From: an uncultured Nitrospiraceae bacterium
GTDB taxonomy: Bacteria; Nitrospirota; Thermodesulfovibrionia; Thermodesulfovibrionales; Dissulfurispiraceae
Reading direction: 5' to 3'
Assembly: GCA_963705105.1 (NCBI GenBank)
Contig: CAVPIW010000010.1
Coordinates: 128,001 to 192,000, forward strand
DNA length: 64,000 nucleotides
Part shown: piece by piece, positions 23,086 to 33,038 of the stretch
Position numbering within the stretch: position 1 is the first letter of the stretch
How the letters are laid out: each line of letters starts with the position of its first letter
Notes under the pieces: generated by a model
What the model saw: the letters and a program-made list of their open reading frames with translations, nothing else
What the model was told of the DNA's origin: nothing
The model's database searches: none
Made by a program: the position numbers and the translations under genes

Positions 23086-23694
23086 ATGCACTTGGTATTC
23101 CTGGTTGAGGAGTCCTCTGCGAGAGAAGCGCTGAATAACCTGATACCTATGATAGTCGGTACGGCGGTCACATTTGAAATTCACCCCTTTCAGGGAAAGC
23201 GCGATTTGCTGGCCAAGCTGCCTTACAGACTGCGGGCTTATCGGCGGTGGATGCCTGCGGATTGGAAGATCGTCGTGTTGATTGATGCCGACAACAATGA
23301 CTGCAGGGAGCTGAAAGATAGATTGGAAAAAATGGCCTTGCAGGCGGGGCTGATGCCGAAGACGGCTGCCGGCGGATCGCAATTTCAGGTTCTCAACAGA
23401 ATCGCCGTTGAGGAACTGGAAGCGTGGTTCTTTGGAGACGTGGAGGCCTTGAGTGACGCATATCCGGGAATTCCCAAAGGGCTGGCAAACAATAGACGAT
23501 TCCGTGATCCCGACGCCGTTTCAGGCGGAACATGGGAAACACTGGAAAGGGTGCTTCAACGGGCCGGATATTTCAAAGGCGGCCTTGAAAAGGTGCGGGC
23601 GGCAAGAGAAATCTCCATGCACATGAATCCCGACCGAAACAGATCGAAAAGTTTCCAGGTCTTCCGGCAGGGGCTGCTGGATCTGGTGGCATAA
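23086..23694 (+). CDS. DUF4276-like (TOPRIM-fold) protein
   Basis: FLVEE, LIDAD, ELEAWF and NRSKSF motifs, directly after the ABC ATPase. Confidence 0.8.
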   Translation: MHLVFLVEESSAREALNNLIPMIVGTAVTFEIHPFQGKRDLLAKLPYRLRAYRRWMPADWKIVVLIDADNNDCRELKDRLEKMALQAGLMPKTAAGGSQFQVLNRIAVEELEAWFFGDVEALSDAYPGIPKGLANNRRFRDPDAVSGGTWETLERVLQRAGYFKGGLEKVRAAREISMHMNPDRNRSKSFQVFRQGLLDLVA

Positions 23695-23778
23695 CACGGA
23701 AAATTGTATAATTCAAAGTTAACGTCGGCTGCGAAAGACCAAACCGAACGGACCAACGAAACGACTCAAGAGAACATC

Positions 23779-24261
23779 ATGGCAGATAAACCGCTCGGCG
23801 ACAAAAAGCTATTCAAGCGCCCCTCCTGGGACGAGTACTTCCTGGAGATCGCCAAGGTCGTCTCCTCCCGGTCGACCTGTCTGCGACGTCGGTACGGCGC
23901 CGTCATCGTCAGGGACCACGTCATCGTGAGCACGGGCTACAACGGCGCCCCCCGGGGCTCGATCAACTGCGTCGACATCCGGACCTGCAAGCGGAAGGAG
24001 CTGAACGTGCCGGCCGGGGAGCGCTACGAGCTCTGCGAGGCTGTGCATGCCGAACAGAACGCCATCATCAACGGCCCGCCGGAGCGGATGAAGGACGCCA
24101 CGATCTACATCGCCGGATTCGAGGAGGACGACAGCTTCGCCGAGGGGAAGCCCTGCCTGCTCTGCCGGCGGATGATCAGGAACGCCATGATCGGGCAGGT
24201 CGTGTACCTGCGGAAAGACGGGTCCGTCGTGAAGGTCGAAGACATAAACGCCCTCGCCTGA
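23779..24261 (+). CDS. dCMP deaminase (ComEB-like)
   Basis: RPSWDEYF, STCLRR, TGYNG, HAEQNA, PCLLC. Confidence 0.92.
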   Translation: MADKPLGDKKLFKRPSWDEYFLEIAKVVSSRSTCLRRRYGAVIVRDHVIVSTGYNGAPRGSINCVDIRTCKRKELNVPAGERYELCEAVHAEQNAIINGPPERMKDATIYIAGFEEDDSFAEGKPCLLCRRMIRNAMIGQVVYLRKDGSVVKVEDINALA

Positions 24262-24392
24262 CAACATCAGCGCTCCTTTCACCCCGGAAGAACATCTCCT
24301 TTCACTCACACTTTCTTGTTCTGCGGGCAACTTTGCATCATTCGCCGTTTCATGGTATCTTGAGGGAAGCACTTTTGAGGAGGGAAGATACC

Positions 24393-25682
24393 ATGCAGGT
24401 CAGGAAAAGAAGCATCATACTATCGGTTCTTTTTATTTCTCTTGTTCTGCTCGTTCAGCCCGGCACCGCCGCGGAAAAGGCAGCCACGGCAAAGATACCT
24501 CCCTACACGCACTATTGGGTTGACGTGGCCACACAGAACATGACCATGCCCGGGATGTCCGAGGGGATGGGCGGATTCATGGGGAAGATAATGGGGGGGC
24601 CCGGCTTCGGACCGAGCCGCAGCCTGCTCCTGCTTGTCAATTCGCCCATGAAGCTCCCTGCCGATCCGAACGCGACCCACGACATCCCGCCGGGCCAGAA
24701 CATGGGGAAGACACTCCCCCTGATGATCCCCGAGAAGGAAAAGGTCGAGCGCTATGAGCCGGGGGAACGGCACGAGGAGCGTGAGCACGAAAAACCTCGC
24801 TTCCGCATGCTCATCTACTGGGGATGCAGCGACGAGGTCAGGAAGGGCCAGCCCCGCGTGCTCGATACGGAAAAGATGAACCCCGCCGAATTCGGCAGGG
24901 CCATGTCCGGCATCAGGGCGACGCAGCAGTATCCTCCGTCACCACGTTCCGGCTGGATCTTCGCCGACTGGCCGAACAAAAAGAGCAGGATCGAGGTGCC
25001 CAAGGACAGCTCCCTGACGGGAGACCACTTCGTGCACGGCAACTACGTCCCCGATATCCGGTTCGCCGTCGGGCCGAGACACGACTTCATGGCGCCCGTC
25101 GAATTCACCTCCACATCGGGTACGCTCGCCGACCCCGTCCGCTTTGACTGGCGCGAAATACCCACGGCCATCGGGTATTACGCTTACGCCATGGGAAACA
25201 ACGACCGCGAAGGCGAGATGATCATCTGGTCATCCAGTGAAATCCCCGATGCCTCCTTCGGGCTCATGGATTACCTGACGCCGGGAGATGTGCAGAAATT
25301 CATCAAGGAAAAAATCGTTATGCCTCCCGGCACAACCACCTGCACCATCCCGCGGGGCATTTTCAAGGATACGGGCGGTCCGATGCTCCAGTTCATCGGG
25401 TATGGCGACGAGTTGAACCTGATCCACCCCCCCAAGCCGAAGGACCCGAAGCAGCCCTGGAACCCCATATGGTCCGTCAAGATGAGGCTGAAATCGACGG
25501 GCATGCTCATGCTCGGACAGAGCGACGAAAGGAAGCCCTCGCGCTCCCGCGACCAAAAGGGGCAGGAGTCCGGCGAGCAGGACCAGAGGACGAGAAAGCA
25601 GGAGCAGGAGCGGAAACCGGAGGAAAAGCAGCCCGGCGTCGACAAGACCATCGACAAGATCAGGGGGATCTTCGGGTTTTAG
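24393..25682 (+). CDS. Exported hypothetical protein
   Basis: N-terminal signal peptide, GGAGG RBS, host-like codon usage. Confidence 0.75.
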   Translation: MQVRKRSIILSVLFISLVLLVQPGTAAEKAATAKIPPYTHYWVDVATQNMTMPGMSEGMGGFMGKIMGGPGFGPSRSLLLLVNSPMKLPADPNATHDIPPGQNMGKTLPLMIPEKEKVERYEPGERHEEREHEKPRFRMLIYWGCSDEVRKGQPRVLDTEKMNPAEFGRAMSGIRATQQYPPSPRSGWIFADWPNKKSRIEVPKDSSLTGDHFVHGNYVPDIRFAVGPRHDFMAPVEFTSTSGTLADPVRFDWREIPTAIGYYAYAMGNNDREGEMIIWSSSEIPDASFGLMDYLTPGDVQKFIKEKIVMPPGTTTCTIPRGIFKDTGGPMLQFIGYGDELNLIHPPKPKDPKQPWNPIWSVKMRLKSTGMLMLGQSDERKPSRSRDQKGQESGEQDQRTRKQEQERKPEEKQPGVDKTIDKIRGIFGF

Positions 25683-25696
25683 GTCCTGAAGTCTTA

Positions 25697-25986
25697 ACCT
25701 GCGAGTTGCATGAAAAGGCGGGACAAAGTGCTCTGAAAAAGTGTAAGTGTGAGTGTGAGTGAAAGGAATAGTTCAGATATCTATGCGGTCTCCGGGAAGG
25801 CAGATATGGTTCAAAGCCTTTCCAATGCGATGATGGGACTTTTCCAGGTGTTCAGCGCCTGTTGCCTGACGGTCATATGCAATCAATAGACACGGCAAAG
25901 TGTGGTCTGGTGACGCATAAGGTATCTTAGAGGAAAGGCTTTTCACCACATCAGCCTTCCCGTAGGTTCTATTGCAGCGATAAAGT
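25697..25986. repeat. MITE-like family A, copy 2
   Basis: Near-identical over ~180 bp to 39761-40020; both ends resemble the family consensus. Confidence 0.8.
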
Positions 25987-26021
25987 TGCCCGTTTGCAGC
26001 CGCGATGAAGGAGGACAGGTT

Positions 26022-26561
26022 GTGTTCGACTGGAACGTCGTCATCACCATCCACGAACGGTGCTTCAGCCAGGTCGTGAGGCTCTTCGGGAATTTCGGCC
26101 AGATCAGGAGGACCGAGTTCTTCAATGTCCTTGTCCTGAGGACCGGTGACGTGGCCGGCATGCTCGAGACGTTGAGGGGTTGGCTCGTTGACGACCCGAG
26201 GTCGCTCGGCTGCATCTCCCGGCTGATCCCGGTGACGAAGATCTTCGCCTTCCAGTCTCCCGAGGAGTTCGAGGCAAAGTCCCTGGAGGCCGCCCTGGAG
26301 TGGCTGCCGGACCTTGCGGGAAAGGGGTTCCACGTGCGCATGCACCGCCGGGGCTTCCGGGGGAAACTTGCAAGCCTCGACGAGGAACGGGTCCTCGACG
26401 AGGCGCTGCTCGACGGGTTGACCAGGAGGGGGACGCCCGGGCATATCACCTTTGAAGACCCCGATGCCGTCCTGGCGGTGGAGACGGTCGCACAGAGGGC
26501 CGGGCTGTCCCTGTGGACGCGTGAGGACCTCCGGCAATACCCCTTCATCAGGATCGACTGA
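26022..26561 (+). CDS. THUMP-domain (RNA-binding) protein
   Basis: DWNVV...GKGFHVRMHRRG...ITFEDPDAVLAVET; AAGGAGG RBS before the GTG. Confidence 0.7.
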   Translation: MFDWNVVITIHERCFSQVVRLFGNFGQIRRTEFFNVLVLRTGDVAGMLETLRGWLVDDPRSLGCISRLIPVTKIFAFQSPEEFEAKSLEAALEWLPDLAGKGFHVRMHRRGFRGKLASLDEERVLDEALLDGLTRRGTPGHITFEDPDAVLAVETVAQRAGLSLWTREDLRQYPFIRID

Positions 26562-26563
26562 CA

Positions 26564-27727
26564 ATGGACGAACGAAGCCCCCTTCCTGAAGCGATCCGGC
26601 CGGAGGAGTTCGGTCTCCGTGACGACATCATCTACCTGAACCACGCCGGCGTGTCCCCCTGGCCGATTCGCACATCCGAGGCGGTCAGGCGGTTCGCTGA
26701 AGACAATGTGGCTGCCGGCTCCCTCCATTACCCCCTGTGGGTCGATGCCGAGCACGACCTTCGCCGCCAACTCCGCGACTTGCTGCACGCGTCTTCCTCC
26801 GACGACATCGCCCTGCTCAAGAACACGTCCGAGGCCCTGTCCGTCGTCGCCTACGGCATTGCCTGGCGCGAGGGCGACAATGTGGTGAGCACCGATCAGG
26901 AATTTCCGTCCAACAGGATCGTCTGGCAGTCCCTGCAGAGCAGGGGCGTCGAATTCCGCGAAGCCCCGGTCGGCAATACACCGGAACCGGAGGAGGCCAT
27001 CCTCTCGCTCGTTGATGACCGCACCCGTCTCGTCACGGTCAGCTCCATCCAGTTCGGCACGGGCCTCCGCATGGACCTGGGGCGCGTCGGCGCATTCTGC
27101 GAAAAGAGGGGCATTCTTTTTTGTGTCGACGCCATCCAGAGCATCGGCGCCGTCGATCTGGACGTGCAGCGGATCAGGGCTGACTTCGTCATGGCCGACG
27201 GCCACAAGTGGATGCTCGGACCCGAGGGCCTGGCCGTCTTCTACTGCCGTTCATCGGCGCGCGACCTCCTGGGCCTGAATCAGTACGGGTGGCACATGGT
27301 CGAAGAGGCGGGCAATTTCGATGCGAAACAGTGGAAAGTCGCCAAATCGGCCCGCCGGTTCGAGTGCGGAAGCCCGAACATGCTCGGCGCGCAGGCCCTC
27401 CGGGCGAGCCTCTCACTCATCATCGATATCGGGATCGGGACGATCGAAGAGAACGTCCTTGCGAAGAGCTCCTTCATCTGCGAATGTGTTTTGGACAACC
27501 CGGCACTTGAGCTGGTGACGCCCTTTCAGCCGGGCAGGTTCGCGGGGATCGTCACGTTCCGGCTGAAAGAGGGCGACCCGTCAGAACTGCACTGCTATCT
27601 GCGGGAACGGGGGGTGATCTGTGCGATCAGGCACGGGGGCATACGTTTCTCACCTCACTTCTATACGCCGGCCCGTCACATCGAGAAAGCCCTGGGCCAT
27701 GTCGACGCATTCGTCAGGTCACAATAG
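26564..27727 (+). CDS. Class V PLP-dependent enzyme (cysteine desulfurase/lyase-like)
   Basis: YLNHAG, NTSEAL, VDAIQ, DGHKWMLGPEG, IRFSPHFY. Confidence 0.88.
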   Translation: MDERSPLPEAIRPEEFGLRDDIIYLNHAGVSPWPIRTSEAVRRFAEDNVAAGSLHYPLWVDAEHDLRRQLRDLLHASSSDDIALLKNTSEALSVVAYGIAWREGDNVVSTDQEFPSNRIVWQSLQSRGVEFREAPVGNTPEPEEAILSLVDDRTRLVTVSSIQFGTGLRMDLGRVGAFCEKRGILFCVDAIQSIGAVDLDVQRIRADFVMADGHKWMLGPEGLAVFYCRSSARDLLGLNQYGWHMVEEAGNFDAKQWKVAKSARRFECGSPNMLGAQALRASLSLIIDIGIGTIEENVLAKSSFICECVLDNPALELVTPFQPGRFAGIVTFRLKEGDPSELHCYLRERGVICAIRHGGIRFSPHFYTPARHIEKALGHVDAFVRSQ

Positions 27728-27752
27728 TAGCCAATAGACAGTAGACAGTAAT

Positions 27753-29138
27753 TGATAACGTTCAGGACATCGTTTACTCAAAGAATGGTCACGACATCGT
27801 TTATCGCTTTGAGCGGATGTATTTTACGATGTCGTGACTCATCACCAGTTATCGCATTTGATAGTTGTATTCTTCAACCTGGATCTTATCCAGAAAGAGT
27901 TTTAATTTTTGCTCTTTGACATCGACAGTAGCCACGACGTATTCATATTGGGTTTCCGGAGGAGCGGGAAACATTTCCCCAAAAATGTTCAGCCGGCAAT
28001 CACTTCGGATGAATCGGACGAAGTGGTAGTAACCCTCTTCTGGCTTATCCAAGGGGTGCCTGGGGACATCCCTCTTACTCGGGAAGATCAACTTCCTTCG
28101 TGTGTCAGTCAAGGCTTTGAGAGGAGTTTTCCCCTTGATCTTACTATAGCGATACGTGCTGTTATGCCTATGCTCGAACACCAGCGACTCCTGTCGAAGC
28201 TGATCCCCGGAGGCCATCTTTACTTTGGCGAGAAACTTCTGCCCATAGTGGTCATTGAATTTTTCAACGACGCCGTTGCGCCATGGCTCAGAAGGTGGAA
28301 TGAACCAGAGATGGACTCCATAACGTAGGCAGAAACGAATAAGTGGTCCCATTCCTCGCGGGTGAGTTGGACTACCGAAGAAAGCCCATTCGTTGTCCAC
28401 TTGAAGATTCTCAGGGATTCCCATGCGTTGCCAGACTGCGTGCACAGCATTCAAAATGCTTTGTGCTGCACGAGATGTCATCGGCTCAATCCCGCACAGG
28501 TTGATTGCAGCATCAACGGCATTCAGGCTGTAGAACCGGATCGGGCCTGTCAAGTAACAGGGGCCGACCAAATCAATCTGATGGGTCTGATTGGGCAAGA
28601 GAGCCGGAAGTTCGGGATACTTCTTGCCCTTGGGCTCATACCGCCCGGCCCGTCGACGGGTCAATTCCAGGCGGCGTAAGATACGGCCAATTGTGCTCAG
28701 GGAAGGGATCGGCTGGATCTCCATGTCCTTCATCTCCCACTGAATGGCCTGATTGCCGCAAAAGACGCCCTTGTTGTACAGGCTTAACCGAACCATCTCC
28801 ACGATCTTTTCAATCTCCGTTGGCGTTCGTGATGGGCTGCAAAGGGGTCGCCGGGACTGATCTTCGAACCATGTCGGATTATCTGGGATATACCGTGCAA
28901 TCCATTTGTACAGCCACGGCTTTGTCTTTCTCAGTGAGGAGCAGATACTTTGGGGACTTTCCCCTTTTAGGTATCGCTGTACTGCCGATACCCGTTGCTT
29001 CAGGAGAGTCTTCTTCATGAACACCTCCGCAAAACAGATGTTCATGATAAAAACCGCTGTGGCTACATCATTGTCAAAGAGCGATAGTAAACGATGTCTT
29101 GAACCGAAAATAAGTAAACGATGTGTTGAACGTTGTCA
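27753..29138 (-). mobile_element. IS481-family insertion sequence
   Basis: TIRs TGATAACGTTCAGGACATCGTTTACT / TGACAACGTTCAACACATCGTTTACT with repeated ACATCGTTTA motifs; 6-bp duplication AGTAAT (27747-27752, 29139-29144). Confidence 0.9.
27849..29018 (-). CDS. IS481-like transposase (HTH + integrase core)
   Basis: WLYKWIARY, HQID, LQVDN, PWRNGVVEKFN. Confidence 0.9.
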   Translation of the reverse strand: MKKTLLKQRVSAVQRYLKGESPQSICSSLRKTKPWLYKWIARYIPDNPTWFEDQSRRPLCSPSRTPTEIEKIVEMVRLSLYNKGVFCGNQAIQWEMKDMEIQPIPSLSTIGRILRRLELTRRRAGRYEPKGKKYPELPALLPNQTHQIDLVGPCYLTGPIRFYSLNAVDAAINLCGIEPMTSRAAQSILNAVHAVWQRMGIPENLQVDNEWAFFGSPTHPRGMGPLIRFCLRYGVHLWFIPPSEPWRNGVVEKFNDHYGQKFLAKVKMASGDQLRQESLVFEHRHNSTYRYSKIKGKTPLKALTDTRRKLIFPSKRDVPRHPLDKPEEGYYHFVRFIRSDCRLNIFGEMFPAPPETQYEYVVATVDVKEQKLKLFLDKIQVEEYNYQMR

Positions 29139-29213
29139 AGTAATCAGTAGTCGGAGCAAGGCGACGAACATACCTGCAGACTGTTCAGCCATTCAACTCA
29201 ATCAACTTGGTCA

Positions 29214-29260
29214 ACCTTATCTTTGCATACGACATCTGGGAAGGCGGGGCGAAGATGCCG
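29214..29260. repeat. MITE-like family A, isolated end
   Basis: ACCTTATCTTTGCA...GGAAGGCGGGGCGAAGATGCC. Confidence 0.6.
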
Positions 29261-29396
29261 AAAAGCTTTGGTGACAACGACAATGATTATTTTAGTCTCC
29301 TTTTGATCGATTTCATTCAATCGACTGTTCCGCCCGGTGTTCGTGGCCTTGTTTCGACTGCCGACCGCCACCAATGACTTAATGACTTGAAATCAT

Positions 29397-29639
29397 TGGT
29401 GTCCAAAATAACGTGACACGAGGATTGGGCATGCTTTCTTCGCAAAATAAACTTCCTCTTCTCATGTGTATGCCTTTGCTATGAAAACCTTTGCCTTTTC
29501 TGATACACTGTGCGGCTCCCGCTGCGGCTTGCGCCTTCGACTCCCGCCGCCGTTCACGTTACCCGTGAATTTTGCTTCAGAAACCACACCCAATCCTCGC
29601 TTTCAAGGTGGTCTCGCTGCAAGATATTTTGGACAGGGG
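29397..29639. repeat. MITE-like family B, copy 1
   Basis: TGTCCAAAATA...TATTTTGGACA inverted ends; both ~70-bp arms are homologous to 49782-50100 in inverted orientation. Confidence 0.7.
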
Positions 29640-29764
29640 TGACTTGAATTAATAACCCGGCAACAGATGAACTGCACCACGCTTTGTCATTCCGGCTTGT
29701 CCGGAATCCTTCTTTTTAACGGTAGCCGGGCATTATCCCCGTGTCAGATTACTCGGGACACCCA

Positions 29765-30208
29765 TTACCGGCTGTCGATCCATGATGCGAGTTGTGATTT
29801 GCTGAGGGCGCCCCTCGTCTCGTCCAGCCGCCTTCCGTTTCTATAAAGGATCAGCGTCGGCACCGAGAGGATCTGGAACCGCCGGGCCAGGGACTGCTCC
29901 TGTTCCGCGTCGATCGTCACGATCTTGAGAGAACCAACCCGTTCGCGGGCCAATTCTCCGAGTACGGGAGTAAGGAGGCTGCAGGCGCCGCAATGGGGGG
30001 TCCAGAACTCGACGAGGACGGTCCCGTGCCAGTCGATCACTTCCTCCTGGAAATTTCCTGCTGTGCCCTGGACCGGCGTCGCCGGGATGACGAGTTGCCT
30101 CTTGCACCGTCCGCACCGCGCACGCTCTCTGACCCGCCCCGACGGGACCTGGTTCAGAGTCCTGCAGGCACTGCAGCGGATGATGACTGATCCTGCGTGA
30201 CCGTCCAT
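29765..30208 (-). CDS. trxC: Thioredoxin with N-terminal Zn finger (TrxC-like)
   Basis: CSAC...CGRC, then FWTPHCGAC and SVPTL. Confidence 0.8.
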   Translation of the reverse strand: MDGHAGSVIIRCSACRTLNQVPSGRVRERARCGRCKRQLVIPATPVQGTAGNFQEEVIDWHGTVLVEFWTPHCGACSLLTPVLGELARERVGSLKIVTIDAEQEQSLARRFQILSVPTLILYRNGRRLDETRGALSKSQLASWIDSR

Positions 30209-30232
30209 CGCAAACCTGCCAATGCCCGCTGT

Positions 30233-30430
30233 TTAGAAAAGACGCTTTTTCAATCTGCCGGAGTATTTGCCCGCGTAGTCCCTCGCTTCCTCCGCCATAT
30301 GCACAATCTGTTTCCTCGTCTTCTTGCCCGACTGAGGGGCGAGCAGGAAGGCGAGGCCTGAACCGACAACACCGCCTATGAGGAAGGAAAAGAGCGCTAC
30401 CATTTTGATCTTCTGATCCGGTTTTTCCAT
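30233..30430 (-). CDS. YtxH-domain protein
   Basis: FLIGGVVGSGLAFLLAPQSGKKTR; AGGAG RBS. Confidence 0.8.
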   Translation of the reverse strand: MEKPDQKIKMVALFSFLIGGVVGSGLAFLLAPQSGKKTRKQIVHMAEEARDYAGKYSGRLKKRLF

Positions 30431-30760
30431 GTCCTGTCTCCTTGAATTGGAATTGCAGGGCAGTGACGGGCGGCTGCCGCACCGAAACTGAGGGGTCCCT
30501 GCATCTTTCATAAAAGGTATCATGGTTGGCCGCAGGAGTCAACCTTAACAACAGAACGATATGATCGAAGACGAGGATAAGACCCCCTCGTCTTCCTGAT
30601 GTCGTCATCGCCGGAAATTCTTTGGAACAGGAGAGCTGCGCCCCGGGATACGCGAAAATCATTGAAAATCATGCCTTGACATTGAAAGAGAACGGGCCGT
30701 ATGATAAAAACTTATGTTCACGAACCGTTTGCGACACACAATAGCGGGGTGCTCCGACTG

Positions 30761-31429
30761 ATGGATTTCGCCCCTATCCTTCGGCAAGTTATCATATCGG
30801 TCATCCCGATTCTTTTCGCCATCATCCTGCACGAGGTCTCCCATGGATTCGTGGCGGAGAAACTGGGGGACCCGACGGCCCGGAAGATGGGCCGGCTGAC
30901 GCTCAATCCCATCGCCCACATCGACCCTTTCGGGACGGTCATCATGCCGATCGCCCTCTTCATTTTCACGAACGGTCAGTTCGTGTTCGGATATGCCAAG
31001 CCCGTGCCGATCAATCCTTTCAACTTCAGGAACCCCAAGCGCGATATGGCGATCTCCGCTGCGGCCGGTCCCGGTGTTAATATCCTCCTGGCTGTTCTGA
31101 GCGTCCTCGTGCTGAAGTATCTGCTTCTTCCCGTTTCCGGCGTCATTCCCGACGAGGTCGCAGGTACGTTCCTGAAGCCGCTGGCCTTGATGCTCTCGGC
31201 GAACGTGAGCGTGAACGTCATCCTTGCGGCCTTCAATCTCATCCCCGTTCCGCCCCTCGACGGGGGAAGGATTCTTATGGGCCTGCTTCCGCAGCGCCAG
31301 GCAGAGATGGTCGGCAGGATCGAACCCTACGGCATGATCGTCGTCATTCTGCTGGTTGCAACGGGTTTGACGCGCGTCATCGTTCTGCCGATAATCATGC
31401 TCATCATGCATGTGCTGGAGCTGCTATAA
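30761..31429 (+). CDS. Site-2 protease (M50 family)
   Basis: HEVSH and NLIPVPPLDG. Confidence 0.92.
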   Translation: MDFAPILRQVIISVIPILFAIILHEVSHGFVAEKLGDPTARKMGRLTLNPIAHIDPFGTVIMPIALFIFTNGQFVFGYAKPVPINPFNFRNPKRDMAISAAAGPGVNILLAVLSVLVLKYLLLPVSGVIPDEVAGTFLKPLALMLSANVSVNVILAAFNLIPVPPLDGGRILMGLLPQRQAEMVGRIEPYGMIVVILLVATGLTRVIVLPIIMLIMHVLELL

Positions 31430-31436
31430 GACCATA

Positions 31437-31532
31437 GTCATTAAGTCATTAAGTCATTAAGTCATTAAGTCATTAAGTCATTAAGTCATTAAGTCACTGA
31501 GTCATTAAGTCATTACGTTATTGAGTCATTGC
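31437..31532. repeat. Octamer tandem repeat (GTCATTAA)
   Basis: Seven perfect units followed by five more, mostly degenerate. Confidence 0.95.
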
Positions 31533-31581
31533 CGTTCTTTGCGCACTTTGCGACTTTGCGCGAGGAAATAAAGGAGGAATC

Positions 31582-32568
31582 ATGGAGAAGGATCGGGTTC
31601 TCAGCGGGATGCAGTCGAGCGGAAAGCTCCATCTCGGCAACCTTGTCGGGGCACTGAAGAACTGGGTAGCCCTTCAGGACCGGTACGAATGCTTCTACTT
31701 CGTCGCCGACTGGCATTCACTGACAACGGGATATGCTGACCCGTCGTCGATCCAGGCGAGCACGAAGGACCTCCTCGTCAATTTCCTGGCGGCGGGCCTC
31801 GATCCTGAAAAGTCGACGCTCTTCATCCAGTCGAAGATCCTGCAGCATGCCGAGCTGCACCTGCTTCTCTCCATGATCACCCCTATCGGCTGGCTCGAAC
31901 GGGTCCCCACCTTCAAGGAGAAGCAGCAGGAACTGCAGGACCGGGATATATCGACCTACGGGTTTCTCGGATATCCCGTCCTGCAGACAGCAGACATCGT
32001 CATCTACCGGGCGAAATACGTCCCAGTCGGTGTCGACCAGATCCCCCACCTCGAGATTTCCCGGGAGATCGCGCGGAGGTTCAATCACTTCTACGGTGAA
32101 GTCTTTCCCGAACCGGAGGGGCTCCTTACGGAGTTCCCGAAAGTGCCGGGGCTCGACGGCAGGAAGATGTCGAAGAGCTACGACAACGCAGTCTACCTGA
32201 GCGACCCGCCGGAGGTGGCGGAGCAGAAAATCAGGACCATGATGACCGACCCCGCCCGGAAGAGGAGGACCGATCCCGGAGATCCGGAACTCTCTCCCGT
32301 TTTCCAGCTCCACAAGATCTTCTCGTCTCCGGAGGAGATCGAAGAAGTCGCCCACGGGTGCCGGACCGCCGGCATCGGGTGCATTGACTGTAAGAAGATC
32401 CTGATCCGGAACGTCTTTACCGCCCTCGAGCCGATCTGGCAGAAGCGGAGGGAGCTCCTCGACAGACCGGATATCCTCGTCTCGATCATCGAGGAAGGCA
32501 CGAGAAAGGCCTCCGCTGTCGCGGAGCAGACGATGCTGCTCGTCCGAAAGGCGATGGGATTGATATAG
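31582..32568 (+). CDS. trpS: Tryptophan--tRNA ligase
   Basis: HLGN, YPVLQTADI, VPVGVDQ, KMSKS. Confidence 0.97.
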   Translation: MEKDRVLSGMQSSGKLHLGNLVGALKNWVALQDRYECFYFVADWHSLTTGYADPSSIQASTKDLLVNFLAAGLDPEKSTLFIQSKILQHAELHLLLSMITPIGWLERVPTFKEKQQELQDRDISTYGFLGYPVLQTADIVIYRAKYVPVGVDQIPHLEISREIARRFNHFYGEVFPEPEGLLTEFPKVPGLDGRKMSKSYDNAVYLSDPPEVAEQKIRTMMTDPARKRRTDPGDPELSPVFQLHKIFSSPEEIEEVAHGCRTAGIGCIDCKKILIRNVFTALEPIWQKRRELLDRPDILVSIIEEGTRKASAVAEQTMLLVRKAMGLI

Positions 32569-33038
32569 AAGTAGTCGGCCAACTTCTGTGATCTCCGGCT
32601 TCACCTGTGCTCGCAATCCCACGCAGGAATGAATGTCTGACCCATATCCTGCTTCTGTGAAGTCATTCCCCGAAGGTCGCAGCAGGATTCTTGCCCTGAT
32701 GGGTTGCGGAGTTCTCCTGCAGGCTGTTCAAGGCCGCTTCTAATCGCTCACCTCGATTCCTTCCGAGAGTCCGCAGCGAATGATGTTCGTAGGATGATGC
32801 GTGGGTTTGACAGGAAGACGCACAAACGAAGGCCCGACAATCCGGCGAAGTTCAAACGGAAATCGTCTCAAGCGAAGCCCAGTTCCTCTGCACCCTGCGG
32901 CAATGAAGAACCAATCTCACCGCTATCAAGCTATAACATCAATCTCATGCTTGACGGCATGTGATCATATCTCATCGATGCTGCCATACAATTGAATCAT
33001 GCAGACCCCCGGCAAGTTCACCGCAAGGAGGTGTCATC

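Noticed and set aside
31437..31532. Possible CRISPR array
   Set aside because: Pure 8-bp tandem repeat with no spacers; no cas genes in the window.
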